DNA of 64,000 bases from Paecilomyces variotii (Eukaryota): assembly GCA_004022145.1 (NCBI GenBank), contig RCNU01000002.1, one strand, 5' to 3'. The notes beneath the pieces are model-generated. The model did no database searches. It saw nothing but the letters and a program-made list of their open reading frames with translations, and was not told where the DNA came from. Below are positions 1-13,222 of the stretch, piece after piece (the first letter of the stretch is position 1; every line of letters begins with the position of its first letter). Made by a program: the position numbers and the translations under genes.

Positions 1-2737
1 GGATCCAAGTGTCAAACCAGGATGGTCACATCATCAGTGGTGTATCGAAGTTCTGACGGCAGACGCCCATGTTTACATACAAAGAGATTATTGTCAACCC
101 GTTTAGAGGTGCCTGTCTCCCTAACCAAAAGAAGCTGTTACGCAACTGTCCAGGTGGACACCCAGCCCATCCATTATTATGCCCCGTAAGCGCCGATTGC
201 CAGCACTGGACAACGGATCCACACAAGCTCAGCAAGAAGTTGAGCGCTGCTGGGAGCCCATCTGCGAGGCCCCCCATCGAGTCCCAAGCTGAACTCCAAC
301 GGAAGCATTTTCACAACCAAAAAATTCCTGAGGTCAGCGCGTCGATCAGATGTATTTGATTCGGGCATGCGACGCTGGCCCAGAACTTGTCGGCAGGCCG
401 TGCCAATTAAACTTGACAGGTCTGTCGTTCGATGGCGAATTCAGAGAGAAGTTGGTGTTCCAGCGGGATGTCAAAGCTATCCGCTGACGGGTTAATTGCA
501 ATCTTCTCTGGAGCCCTGACTGCATCCCAAGACCGGAAGATTGTCAGACAGGAACGCACTACTGCTCTGCCTGCTGCTTCCCCCTGGGCTGCATCGAATC
601 CCGCGGGTCGCACGCAGCGACAGGGCGCATGAGGATTATCGAGGCAGGCTAGGGAGACGGCAGGGTGCGCCCTGAAGCGCCGCTGCAATATAAAGTTAGG
701 CTAGGTTACTGTCCGGGCGCCGTCAGCCTTAAGAGGCTGCGGCTACGTGCCCGTGCACACGGCTCTAGTCAAGGGACGTTTAATGAGCTGCCGCAGTGAT
801 CCCTCCAGATGACCTCCATAACCACCACACCACCACACCGACACCCATCACAATAATAATAGTCATAATGATCATAATAATAATAACCATGACCTCCAGG
901 TGCCCTTAGGCTGTGGCGTTCCACGAACCGGCATCCCATTCCGCCGGATTGGGCACTTCTTCGGAGATATATCGTTGATTGATCGCCCTGTGGTCCTTGC
1001 TCTACGGACAGTTCGTCATCATGATTACGGCCGACTTGGGTTACTATGATACTGTCTCTATTACTCCGTATTTCATCAGTGATCGATCGTTCGTTCTGCT
1101 TGGCCCTGAGCATGCTCCATCATCCGGGGTCTTGTCTTTCTTCGCTCCCCTGCAGAGAGTCGGGGCGTCCAGAGTAGAGCTCTACCCTGACACAGTGGAG
1201 CTACCCGGGATATCAGACGATCCTCATGTGTTGGGGCACGGTCTCAACGGAGATTGCGGTCGAAACGATTAACAAAGAAAGCCTGATGTGTCCAGCTTAC
1301 CGGTCGAGTGCGGGGTGCGACAGCTTCCAGGATATTTATCATTTTTCAAGATTGGTTAGTCCTCGAGACACTTCGCCATATGTGCAACAAACAAAGTGCA
1401 ATTACCCGACGTCGTTGTTCCAAATCCCGATGGTCTAGCTTAACGCAGGGCAGACTAGTAACCTAGCAGTCGCGCAGTCTCACCATATTCATAACAATAA
1501 TCTGTTAAGAATACCCCACGTACCCAAGGAGGTCTAGCCAAGACTGTCATGTCATTGAGTTGGTGCTAGGCTTATTTTGTCTGGAAATAGTGAGCAGCTA
1601 AGCTAAGCTACACTTACGGTGCTTCTTGCAGACCCGCAGAATCAACGGAAATCGAAAATTGTTCCTTTTCGTACGGAGAAGGCTTGAATCCTGCACCTTA
1701 CTGGCTTGCTGCTGAGATATACTTTCAACCACTGTAGATGGTGCCAATGGGGATGCCGGGCCTCCGAGGAGGGCGCAAGCCCCGTCTACAAAATACGTTT
1801 TCAGAACAGGGAAATAGTGTGACTATAGGATTCCTTGTTACTGGTGCAGCTGACTTGTCATCTGGCCTCAAAGACACTGGTCAGAGTCAGACAGAAGCAC
1901 AGGTGCGGCGTAGCTGCTTATCTATAATAATAATACGTCACGGAACTCCTTTTGCTGTTATGTGAGGATTGGTTTGCTTCCAAGCAGCAAAGAGCTCATA
2001 GGGATTAGTCTAACGATGGGGCTGCAGCTAAGTGAGAACCAGCTATTCTTTATCGAGACATGTATGGCTATATGGGAAGCCCCTGAAGACTACCAGATCT
2101 GCATGGAGCCATGGACCAAGATTCTTTCACAACCCATCGAACTAGGAATTGTCTCGGGAGATCTTGAATGCGGGAAATACATGACGTCTCAACAGGGCTG
2201 TGCTGTTGCAGTGAACCACAATCGAATCATGCCTTGAGATAATAATAGGCTATGGAGCATCCTCATGGCAGATGGATCTTGTCATTGGATAATCCCCAAA
2301 AACACGGGAGATGGGTCAGCAGCAAGACCCATGGGCCTGCTTGGACTCAAGAGTCGCGACATCTGATATTCGCTGTGTCTCCAGAGTCCATCGTATGGTA
2401 GTCTACCGGTAGTCCTGGTGAATGAGGGGAATTAGAAGCGGGTTAACCATGGCTCACGAGATTGGATCTGGCGTCATCACATGGCATGCCCTAGCCCTAG
2501 CCCTAGCCCTGTGCCCTAAGCAGATATCGCCAGCCCCGCTAAAACTATCCGTCCCTTAGTTACTCGATTAGTCAAGCAGCCTGGCCAGGAAAAGTCTCTG
2601 AAGAAGAGAACTTCCCCAGTTCTTCCCAGCGGGCGCGGAGACGGTATCAGGCTATTATTAAATAATACCCACGTTACAGTCCATATTTCATCTTGCGGAC
2701 GTCACTCTCTCATTATCTGGATGGGTGTGCTGTCGCC

Positions 2738-4385
2738 ATGGCGATGAATCAAGTTCCTGGTGAAAATATCTACATAGGCGGGTGGGTAACCCTAGAACGA
2801 CCTCCCTCAAGACACTTTTGGCCTTCCAGCACCTGAGCTGGCCTTGCAGCGGGTCAAGCCGCCTTTTGGAACGTGCTGACAAGCGTCCGCTGTGCTTTAG
2901 CTTCCTGTCTCTCAAGAACAAGGCCGCATTAACTAGAGCAAATATTACACATATTGTCTCCGTGTTGCGGCTTCAGCCATCAGAGGATCTCTTTGCTCCT
3001 TACAAGCACCTAGCTATCGAGGTCGACGATGTCGATGATGAAAATATCTTGGAGCATTTCCCGCGCGCCATCGCTTTCATTCAGTCGGGACTTGATGAAG
3101 GTGGCAGTGTCCTAATCCATTGGTGAGTAGAATACCTGGTTTCCTAATTTGGCAATACATCATGTCTCAAATTGATCCCCCTACCTGTAAATTTCCTCTC
3201 TTTACCGATCCCTCGTACCTCCTTTCTCTTATATTCTTCTTCTTTTCTATATCCTTCTTGCCATCATCGCCCGAGTACTAGTGGATCATGGAAATGATGC
3301 GGCATAGTTTCCTTTTTGTTGTCGGGGATGTCTCATGTCATGTGACTTCTATGTACAAGAATATCAGATCATGTGCAGTCTCGAGTCACCATACTTCGTT
3401 GGGGTTTCTCTAGCCCACTTGTCCCAGATGTTTTATGACTTTCTAGTGTACTTATCCTGGATATCATAGTTTTGACTAACAGGAGCCACAGTGCGATGGG
3501 CAAGTCTCGCTCCGCTACAATCTGTATTGCCTTCCTTCTCCACCGAGATCGTCACACGACAAACCCAGAAGCTGCTCTCGCTCTAATAAGAGAAGGGAGA
3601 CCACTATGTGAACCTAATGAGGGTTTCATGCAGCAACTGACTCTTTATCATCAAATGGGCTGTCCTGATGATGTCTCTGGACATCCGATTTATCAAAGAT
3701 GGCTTTATCATCGCGAAGTCGAGGAGAGCGTTGCATGTGGTCGAGCTCCAGAATTAGACGCCATACGATTCGAAGATGAACAACCAGTCAGCACTGAATC
3801 TTATTGTGGACAAACGACAGAGATTAAATGTCGAAAATGCCGGTAAGCCTCCATGCACCTCAGAAGATTATATTTGCCCACTCGACATTGTCACTCGAAA
3901 TTGAACACTAATCCTATCTGGCGCTATATAGGCGAATGTTGGCAACTACGCCGTTTATCATACCCCATGAGAAGCCGAGCCAGAAGAAGTCTCGGGGCGC
4001 AGTGGAACCCGAATGTGCTCATATCTTTCTGCATGCTCTGACTTGGATGAGGCCATCTCTTTTCCCGTCGACGCCTCCTGCTGACCATTCAGACTCTGTC
4101 CAGCAAGCAGAAGATGCACCACTTTCAGGCCGTCTGACATGTCCAAACCCCAGCTGTGGATCTAATATCGGGAAATTTGCATGGCAGGGAATGCAGTGCA
4201 GTTGTGGCAAATGGATCGTACCTGCTATGGGAGTCGCAAGGGCTAGAGTTGATGTTCTGGAACGAAAGTCCCCAAAGGGGAACGCGACGCCCAATGCAAG
4301 GCTTGGTGCAATGGGCATCCGTCTACCGCCCGGCATGAGGTCTTTCGACGCGGGAGCTCCAGGGACGGGACGAAATAACCTCTGA
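2738..4385 (+). CDS. yvh1: Dual-specificity protein phosphatase Yvh1/DUSP12-like (DSP domain plus C-terminal Zn-binding domain), 4 exons
   Basis: Starts ATG 2738 (MAMNQVPGENIYIG). Introns ~2782-2900, 3123-3491 and 3843-3931. Splicing joins the catalytic motif VLIHCAMGKSRS. Also carries the EPNEGFMQQL motif and C-terminal KCRKCR...CAH...TCPNPSCGSNIGKFAWQGMQCSCG zinc ligands. Confidence 0.93.
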
Positions 4386-7300
4386 AGACAATCACAATAG
4401 ATAAAAAAAATTAGGTGACCATGCATTCGGACACGCCAATATCGACCAGTGACAGACCCCTCGCTGATAGCGAGGTCTGTTAGTTGCAGCGGCGAAACTG
4501 TTGACATTCAGTCCAGCGACTGATCCGATCTTCATAGGATCATTAAGCGCAGCAGTCTATTACATCCAGTGATCCCCAGTGGCAAATGGCCGTGGAGTTA
4601 GACAGCATACGTTTCGGGATACCTCACTCTAGGGTACAGCTCAGGCAAATGATTGCCAGATGCGTCAGAGATTACCACGAACGGTTAATGCAGGAAGACT
4701 AGAACAGAAGTCCTTCTGTCATATCTATTCTGACTACGCAGGTTTGAATGGTTAGATCGGGCCTGCACATTGGCCGATCGGAGAGCGTCCTATACCAACA
4801 GCAGACATTGGATGATGACCGAAATCTCGAGCCGTTAACCTCTTCAGGTTCATAGATCCGACATAGAGATCAAAATGATTATCATGGCCATCATGTTTCC
4901 CAGAGGCCTTACCATTATCTGATATTCGGCGCGTAAAGCAGACAAAGACATCACCTCTTAAGATCAAGTAGTTGCTGCCTCGGGCTACAATACGAGAGTT
5001 GTCAATGGAATATTTTCATGTTAGAGCCTGAGGCCACAGCGCGACAGCAACCATGGCTCTTGCAGACACCGTCTGTTGGCGTACGCTTGGATCCTGCAAA
5101 TCATTACCCCATATGCATGCTCCAGCTCGTGGCTTTCATGGATTTCCGTCACCCGCGAGCTTGGTACGGTACCTCACCCATGGGCTCCACTTGTTACATC
5201 CTTCCGTTGCACATCCTCAAGAGGTAATTCAGGCTCTGACGCTGTTGGATGTGTCGAACCAGCGTTGAAGAAGTCGAATGATAACTTTATAGCCTCGCCA
5301 TCGGTAACAGCCTCAATACTGAGAATGGTCGCCGAGGGAATTCACTGTGGCAGCGCAAAGATCTTGCAGGGTATTCATCCGTATTCTCCGGGAAAAGCTG
5401 GAGCGGTCGCGCCATGGCAGTCTAGTGTATCGCACGAGTCAGAAAAACGGCCCTGCTCGCCGGCTAAGGACTCAGTATGAGCTCTAAGACCGCCGCAGGC
5501 GCCATAGGGAAGGATATGAGCTTCATTATTGGACTGCTCGCTTGAGGCGCTCGGCAGTTTCGTCAGCCCCTGTGCAATCGGGGATCTTCTATCGATTTAG
5601 TTGCCTGTCAAGTTCGGCCGGATCATAACCGGCTTCGCAGATGAACTGAAATTGATTGTTCTATAACGTGTCAGGCCGTCATAGAGATTTTCTGTCTCGC
5701 CACCGCCCACGAGCAATGTTGACCGCAAAGAGCGGTCAGCGCGAAGTGAGAATCAAACTGTAGCCGCTAGGCGCACCGCCAGTTTGCGGGACCGAAATGT
5801 CCCAGCCGTCGATTAACCTACTGTATTGTCCTTTTTTTTTTTTTTTTTGGCGCGTCACCAGCTTCCTTCCAAGCCTTATTCAAGGGCATTGTTAATTACC
5901 TCTTTGCCGCCAGTCGGAGAAAAAACATGCATGGATTAGCCCATTCCCGTAGCCGACCAGAGCTAAGGGGATCTGACATCCGAAAACGATGATCCTTGCG
6001 CTTCTATCTACACAACGGACACTGATCAGCACATCCCAGGAGACAGTTGTGTGGAAGAAGCAGCTTGGATGTTGTGTCACAGATTGCTCGGAGGCAGCAG
6101 AAAACTAAAATGGTAGATCAAGGTGTAGACTACCGTTCCTTTTCTGGTCCGCACATTCACTTGCCCGTCCTTGACACGCAGAAAGCAATGCTTCTCGCGT
6201 CTTGGCTAATAGTCACCTCTAGGCTCTGTCACTCTGTGGATCGGTCACTTTATTGTTGTTGCTCTCCTATTTCGCACCAGGGCTATGGCGCCAACCGGGA
6301 TTCACTGCCGGAAGTCGCGATAAATCCTTCATCTCCTCCATCTGTAACAAAATTTCTCCAGTCCCTTTCCTGGTATGGGAGTTACCTACTCAAAAGCTGA
6401 AGTGAACCCCCAATCATCTCCAGCGTTGTTGGCCAGAGTCGCCACTGCGGCGGCCACTTTGGCCAATTCAGGGACCATGGCATCCCAGGGTTCCTACTTC
6501 TGGGCAGTGTACGAGGGCTAGACCCAATCATCCAACAAGTATCAGCCCTCTAAGGTTCAGTCTGACGCCCCCAAACCCAGGGTCAAAGTTGAAAACGAGC
6601 GTAGCCTTTCGGAGTCTATAATCCTCGAACAATGCTAGTTGTATCACTGTCTCCTCAATGAAGGAGGCGAAATGCCAAAAAGAAATTGACAACTGATAGC
6701 GTCTGGGCATAAGCATCAATTCAGGGGGAAATAAATAAACTATCACAATAATAACGTCAAACCCCCCAAATTCGGTATCCACGTAGCGTAGCTCATATTT
6801 CGGATTCGGCGATTTCGGGGACCTCGAAACTAAGGAGTTTTTGTTTCAGTGTGTGGATATAACTCGTAACTAATTATAGGTAAGAGTATGACATAACCGA
6901 CATTCTCCTTCTATTTCGGATGTTTTTCTATCTTTGTTACCCGATAGATGGAAGAAAAATAATATCTTAACCAAGTTTATTCTTCTACAGTATATGTGCA
7001 TGTGTACAGTACAATAATCCCGTGACCAATCAGTTACAGAGATCTAATCACGTACTTAAACTAGCGAGATCGCTCTATAATTTATAGCTAGATCTATCTA
7101 GATTCTATTATCATATAAATAAAAGGAGAAGAATTGCTCCGGAAATCATTACTGCCTATTATACTGGACGGCTATAATAGACTAATCACTGTCTAGTTAT
7201 CTTGTCCTTCGCACTAATATCGGAATTTAGTCGCGCTCGCATAATTAAGTAAAATCATAATATATCTGTTCCACAGAATATAATCCTAACTGCAATAGTT

Positions 7301-7410
7301 AGTTTTAGAATGGATAGTATATTCTATCGGCGCATAAAGCGAATGTCCAGGTAATTTGTTAATTATCCGTTTGCAGCACGTCCTGAATATATTATAGGGT
7401 AGAAAAATGA

Positions 7411-7998
7411 TCTAGATTCTTTGTATGTCATAGGAGATAGATATGGGTTTAGACCTCCCCCTAGAGCTAGGTTCAAGCAAGATGGTTTAAATCGAACGTT
7501 GCTTTCGTGCTATTAGATATACTTTCTAAATAGGCTAGCTTATAGAAAGCGGCGACGTAGATATATACACTTGCGCGTTAGTCCTCAAGATATCGCTATC
7601 TGCAAAGGACAGCAGAGGGTTCTAAATATACAGCACGTCCTATATACCCTCTATACTATTGTATTCGGTTTATTGAAAAGAAATAAACCCAAGAAAGATA
7701 TAGCAATGTCTAGATTTTTTTTATACGCTATAGGAGATGAATATAGCTTCAAATCTCACCCTAGAGATAGATCTAAGAGACGTTACTTCTATGCTATTTG
7801 ATATACTTACTCTCTAAACAGGCTAGCTTATAAAAAACGGCGATATATATTATATACTTGGGCGATAATCCTCAAGATATTGCTATCCATAAAGGACAAT
7901 AGAAGATTTTAAGTATATAGCACATCCTATATACTCTCTATACTGTCGTATTTGATTCATTAAAAAGAAACAAACCCAAGAAAAATAATAGCAATATC
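7411..7998. repeat. Diverged tandem duplication, ~290-298 bp x2, with RIP-like transitions
   Basis: Copy 1 starts TCTAGATT at 7411 and copy 2 at 7709. Segment 7583-7696 aligns without gaps to 7870-7983 with 20 mismatches, all C/T or G/A. Confidence 0.9.
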
Positions 7999-10325
7999 AG
8001 AAAGGCCTTGGTTCATGGAATCTAGTTTGATATTGTGATTATCAAGTTTAACTCTGTCTGCTTGATGGGATGTATCTCTGGTATATGCCTAAACTGAAGT
8101 TGAACCACAACTTACGATACCATTAATCGATAGCCCGAACCGAATTAAGAAGTTGCTATGTTGACGCTCACGGAAGACAAGTTGACAAGGAGCTATCCTT
8201 GAGAAGGAGGGAGTCTATAGAAGACGACAACACATAGTTAGACTGCTAAATAAGTGTGTGTGCTATGCATGCATGCTGATGTACGGCAAGTCTAGGTATG
8301 CAAAGACAAATGAGGGGGGACAGCATAGAGAAAGGATCGTTGAAGAGCTGAAGCAAATATGCATTGCAGTATGCCCACTCAGACATATGCATCGATCACG
8401 TATTTCCCAAGAAATACCATTGAAGGCAGGACGATTGTTTTAATATAGACCGTGCAAGTACTATAACTGCAACATAATACACATGCATGGTTACCTGAGC
8501 CATCTGCAGCATGGGGATATCTCAAATGACAACAGTTTCTCGAGGACTCGGTTTCGGTGGCTAGTGTATGCAACCTGTTGGTGTCCTCTGCCTGGAGAGA
8601 ATCAATGCATGATGGTCTGAGCGGATAAGCACCTGTGATGGTAAATTACAGCCGTCATCGAGGAGAATGGGTTAGAAGTAGTGCATGTATCAATATAATG
8701 CATGCAGATAAGATCCTGGTGGACTTGCAGGGCGTGGCCATACATATAGCTCTGGTGATCGCAGCAGAAGGTCGGCCTAACGGACAGAATAAGTAAAGAA
8801 AATGGCGATCAGACCCTTAGTTTATACAGCAATAATATTAAATTTTCCATATTCGTGTTGTAGATGCGGGGAGGATAGATCAACAAGGGTAGCTTCGATA
8901 TTTATTCCGTTTTTGAGCGCAAGGATGGATTCTTCGCCACACTTTGACATCATAGGAAATAGGACAAAGTCTCCCGCACGCTGTACGTGCTCACCCACAC
9001 AGTCTCACACCTGTGGTTGCAATATTGTATCAATCGGGTTGCATAACCGCTCATGTGGCGGCCCTTTTGACGGAGACTGCTGTTTAGGGCTGATATGGAT
9101 ACGAGGATAAGGTGAGGCATGCTGTCACGCATAGGCATGGAAGCTTGTACGTCTACCCGATGCGCCAGTGACAATTAGCCGGCCACAGATGCGGAGCAAG
9201 TACCTTAGCGCTTACCTTCGGGACGGGGGCTGCCCCCATGATATTGAGCACTAAGATGCTCATAGACGGTCCAGTTGTCCGTGCTTTCCACATTTCTCTC
9301 GTAAGGATCATGATCTCTAAGGCTGGCTGTGGCCATGGGAGAGGTTTCTGACAGCCATCAGACGTTTAGCACCAAGTAAAAAGACTCGCATCGCCATCCC
9401 AACAATCAAGACGATCAGTGACCCATGGTATGGCTGATGAGTGACACATAACTTTTGGTACTATCGGAAAATATGACCTGTGGAGTGTCGAGATAGTCAA
9501 TGGTAGACTAAGCTTCATTGGATGGACCAGACAGCGGCCCCAGTCACTACCTGATTGTAGGTAACCTTTCATTATCCAGAGAGTCTCGAGCGTAGGCTGA
9601 ATATAGTTGGAGATCTGCTCTATAGCATCGGCCTCGAGGTTTGTGTCACCACTTTTCCATTTATCTAGAGAAATAATTGAATAGATGAGGCAATAAGGTA
9701 GATCTCTCCACGACTCATCTTGGCGGACTAAATTGAACATTGTCGATATATTGCCGATCACGTTGGGAGTATATGACTATCAACTTTGAATCTAGAGCTT
9801 GACCCCGCAATATTGGACCGATTACTTCATGGTCTAATTGCTGTTGTCGTATGGTCGATATCCCTGGAATAGCTGCAGATACCCGTTTTGTCAACCGGGA
9901 ACTTCCGAGATTTCGAAGAGTTAGACGGGTAAGCGATAATAGTGCTTACCAGTTACTGCAGATCATATCGAATTTTCTAGTCAGGTGAATGTCCGACGAA
10001 CCAAACAGCGATGCATCGTCACGATGGCACTGCAGGTCAGTCCCAATGCTGACCTAGCAGTCATCCCATTGCAGTATAGGAGAGGGGAACCATGTTGACT
10101 TTGGGGGTACGGTCTGTAATCCTCTCTCGTTGTCGGTCATGGGAGTAAGACAAGAACATCTATCGTGATCTCACGGTGTATCTTCCTTTCCCCCGAATTC
10201 AGTGGCATGCTCTTTCAGTACGTATTGACGTATGCATATTGATATATGCATATTGATAATAGGAACCCTGTTTGCTTGATGCTGATACTATATTTGCGAT
10301 AGTTGGCCTATTACCTTGCCACAGC

Positions 10326-11076
10326 TCAGGGTTCTCCAGTCGGGACGGATGGGAAGAGTGCCGAATCCCTCAGCCGCTCACGGTTCCTTTTTGCAAGCTC
10401 GATGTTGCGGAGCCTGTCAACTCGCATCTGATAAAAGTTCCTAAATCAGTCAGTCTACATTACCAGGACATCTCCATCTTCGTGACGTACTTGTGGAGGG
10501 AGAAAACACGTGGAGTATCGTCCGGTTTGGATTCAGTTGCCGCTTTTTTGATGGCGTCGATCTGTTTCAGCGTCAACACCTGTCTTTAGAAGCAAAGATA
10601 CGTTTAGTTTTCGAGGGAAAGCACCTTCTCATTTTTCTCTTTCTCTGCATCATCTGATTCCTCCTTTTTCTTTTTATCTTTACCGTCTTCCCCTTTATCA
10701 TTCTTCTTTTCCTTGTCTTCTTTTTCTTTCTTCCTTCGCTGCTTTTCCTCATACTCTTTCTTCACCTTTTCGATCTCGAGTGCTAGTGCCTCTTCCTTCT
10801 TCTTTGCCGCCTCCTTTTCCGAGTCGACAATAGGAGAGCAGAACCCCCGGTCCTTCAAATGTGCAGGACAAACATAGAAGAAATCCTGCATAAGTCAGAG
10901 AAACCAGCTCTACTGAGGACACCGGACAGATTTATGCGATGGACCGATATATAGGGAACTCTTACTTTATTGTCAGGCGTAATCAACACGCTTGTAGACG
11001 GTTTATAGCAGATGTAGCATGCCTTGGCGGAGCTGTCCGCCACGCGGCGTAAGTGCCACACATTAGGGAGAGACAT
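10326..11076 (-). CDS. VPS4-associated protein 1 (Vfa1/DUF1742 family), multi-exon
   Basis: MSLPNVWHLRRVADSSAKACYICYKPSTSVLITPDNK / DFFYVCPAHLKDRGFCSP, then a K/E-rich coiled coil and C-terminal PRVFSLHKNFYQMRVDRLRN...LFPSVPTGEP-stop (TGA at 10328-10326). Confidence 0.85.
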
Positions 11077-11604
11077 CGTTCTGAGGACTACAATTCCTTC
11101 CTGAACAATTCCAGAAATCCCCCGACACTGCTTCTGGTATTCTGGGGCCGAACTGTCGCCGAAATGGCAGAGAAAATAGCTATTCAGAGGTACTGTTGCG
11201 GGGTGTTCCAGTCGTCGGGCGGAATTGCGGGCTCCGATCTTGATAGATCTAGATAGGTCATGTGATTGAATTAGGGACGACAAGCAAGTTTCAGCAACGA
11301 CAGAGAACATCTTTTGCGTCCGGAATACATTGGTCGTAGAATGATTACCCTCCTTGCGGGGTTGAGTACAAATGAATCTTGTATTACTGTACCATTATCT
11401 TTCTGGCCTCTGATGGCTATTCAGCATCAGCTTTCAGGCAATGTGTTGACCACACTCTAATATCTGTTTCTTCTATCACACAAACTACGGCCTTAATATG
11501 CGAATTAGTGAAAATGAAAAACCCTCCCTAATGCAAGCACAATATACCCTCATGACGGACAGATTAAGGGACGGATACAACGAAAACTTAGAGTAAGTCT
11601 CGAA

Positions 11605-13222
11605 CTACTCCGTTAAGCCCTTCTCCATCGCCTTCAGAGCGTGCTGTCCCAACGAGCCGGGCATAATGCCTTTCGCGTTCTCTGCACGTCTTCTCGCATC
11701 TATCCAGATCATAAACTCATCGTAGGTCTTCGGCATGACCTGGATGTCCTTCTCTACCAGGAATGTGTAGTTGAACATGCCGGTCGATTTTCTCGTTCCG
11801 TGCTCAACATCGCGAACCTTGGTGTCGACTCTGACCTGGACCTTGGTGAATTTGGTCTCATCACCCTCCTTACCTTCAGGCTCGGTGTAGGAAACTGACG
11901 CTCTCAGATACAACACGCTGCCCACAGGCACAGGGTTTTCAAAGGTGCTCGGGTCCAACGCGATGAAAGTCGGCCTGGCGTGAGCAAAAGAGGCTGCACA
12001 GCAGAAGGCCAGCTCGAACGACTGTCTCAAGAGGAAACCACCGAAAATCATGAAGTTGTGACGATTGCGGTGCTGTGGCTGCATGATCATGGCTGATTTG
12101 AGGACCGTGTCGTTCATAAAGACTACGTTGGAAGGTCGCTTGTCCGGAACGTTAGGGTCTATTGAGAGTCAGTATGGTCTGACTCGTTTTGCCTCGCGAT
12201 GAAGACTGCTTACTCGACCATGAAGCCTCCTTCATCCACATTGAGTGGATAAGGTTGCTCTCTTCGTCGTTCGGCGCTTGTTCCAGCAAGCTCCGCTGTC
12301 GCAAGGACTTCTTAGCTTTGTAGTTGGCTTCTCCCTTTTTGAAGAGACGCCGTTCTTCCTCCGTCTCTATCTTGAGAGGGGCAACAGGGACAGGCCTATG
12401 GAGCATATCAGTAAAGAGCTCGATGTTTCCATGCAGGTAGGCTTCAACACCCACTTTCTCGTGATAGGGTCGAGGGACACCATGGTGAAAGCGCAGGTAA
12501 TGAGAACGTCCTCTGGCTTCACCTGTTCTCCATCTGCGGGCGCTTTGGCTACCTGGAGGGAGACCTCCATACTGGACCTGCCAGTTGCATAAGTGACCTG
12601 TCCGCTGATCTCTAGATCACAAATCTCCTTGAGTTGGTTCTCAATGGTGATCCTATCCACCGCAGCAGTCACCGTGGCTACAGCGTCGCCGGTATGTCTG
12701 TACGCAACGACACCCGCAAATGCATCAAGGTCCATAAACAGAGCTCCCAATCTGTCCGATGGAGTTAGCTTGATGCTCTAAACTTGAAGCATTCCCGTCG
12801 TCTGGACTTACCTGATACGGCCCGTTGCATTGAGATACGAGTCCAGCAGCCATTTGTCTTGTGCCAGGGGCAACACCTGAAAAGCTCTAATGAGCAGAGT
12901 ATCCAGTTTTACATGAACCATGCACACTCACCGCGCAGTAGTAGCTATCGGACATCCTTCTCGGGGTAAGATCGGGCCCCGAGTGCTCCGCCGGAGCCTT
13001 TCCCTGGGAGTTGGCAGCATCCTCTCGAGCCTTCGTCAGGGCATCAATCCAAGGCGTCTTCACACGCATTGGCAGCCATGTCGGCCGAGATGCTGCATTA
13101 GCCTGTGCTGGATGGAAGTCCCTCGACAGGAGAGGTTGGAACTGCTTCGAGGCCCTAGTGCATGGTGTAGACACGGCGCGCCTAGAACTGGCCAAAGCCG
13201 TCCTTCTACCGATCCCGAACAT
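11605..13222 (-). CDS. Double HotDog-fold acyl-CoA thioester hydrolase (ACOT9-like), probably mitochondrial, 5 exons
   Basis: Arg/Ser-rich N-terminus. Motifs LGALFMDLDAFAGVVAYRH, VTAAVDRI, GQVTYATGRSSMEV and QPQHRNRHNFMIFGGFLLRQSFELAF. Canonical introns join the ORF pieces. Confidence 0.9.

Noticed and set aside
119..126. CCCTAACC, a possible telomerase RNA template or telomere seed
   Set aside because: A single short match with no full TAACCCTAA template and no repeat array.
1..2700. Numerous 60-115 aa ORFs, including a Tyr/His-rich one at 769-1113
   Set aside because: No recognisable domains or codon bias. The Y/H run comes from an (ATA/CAC) microsatellite at about 820-890.
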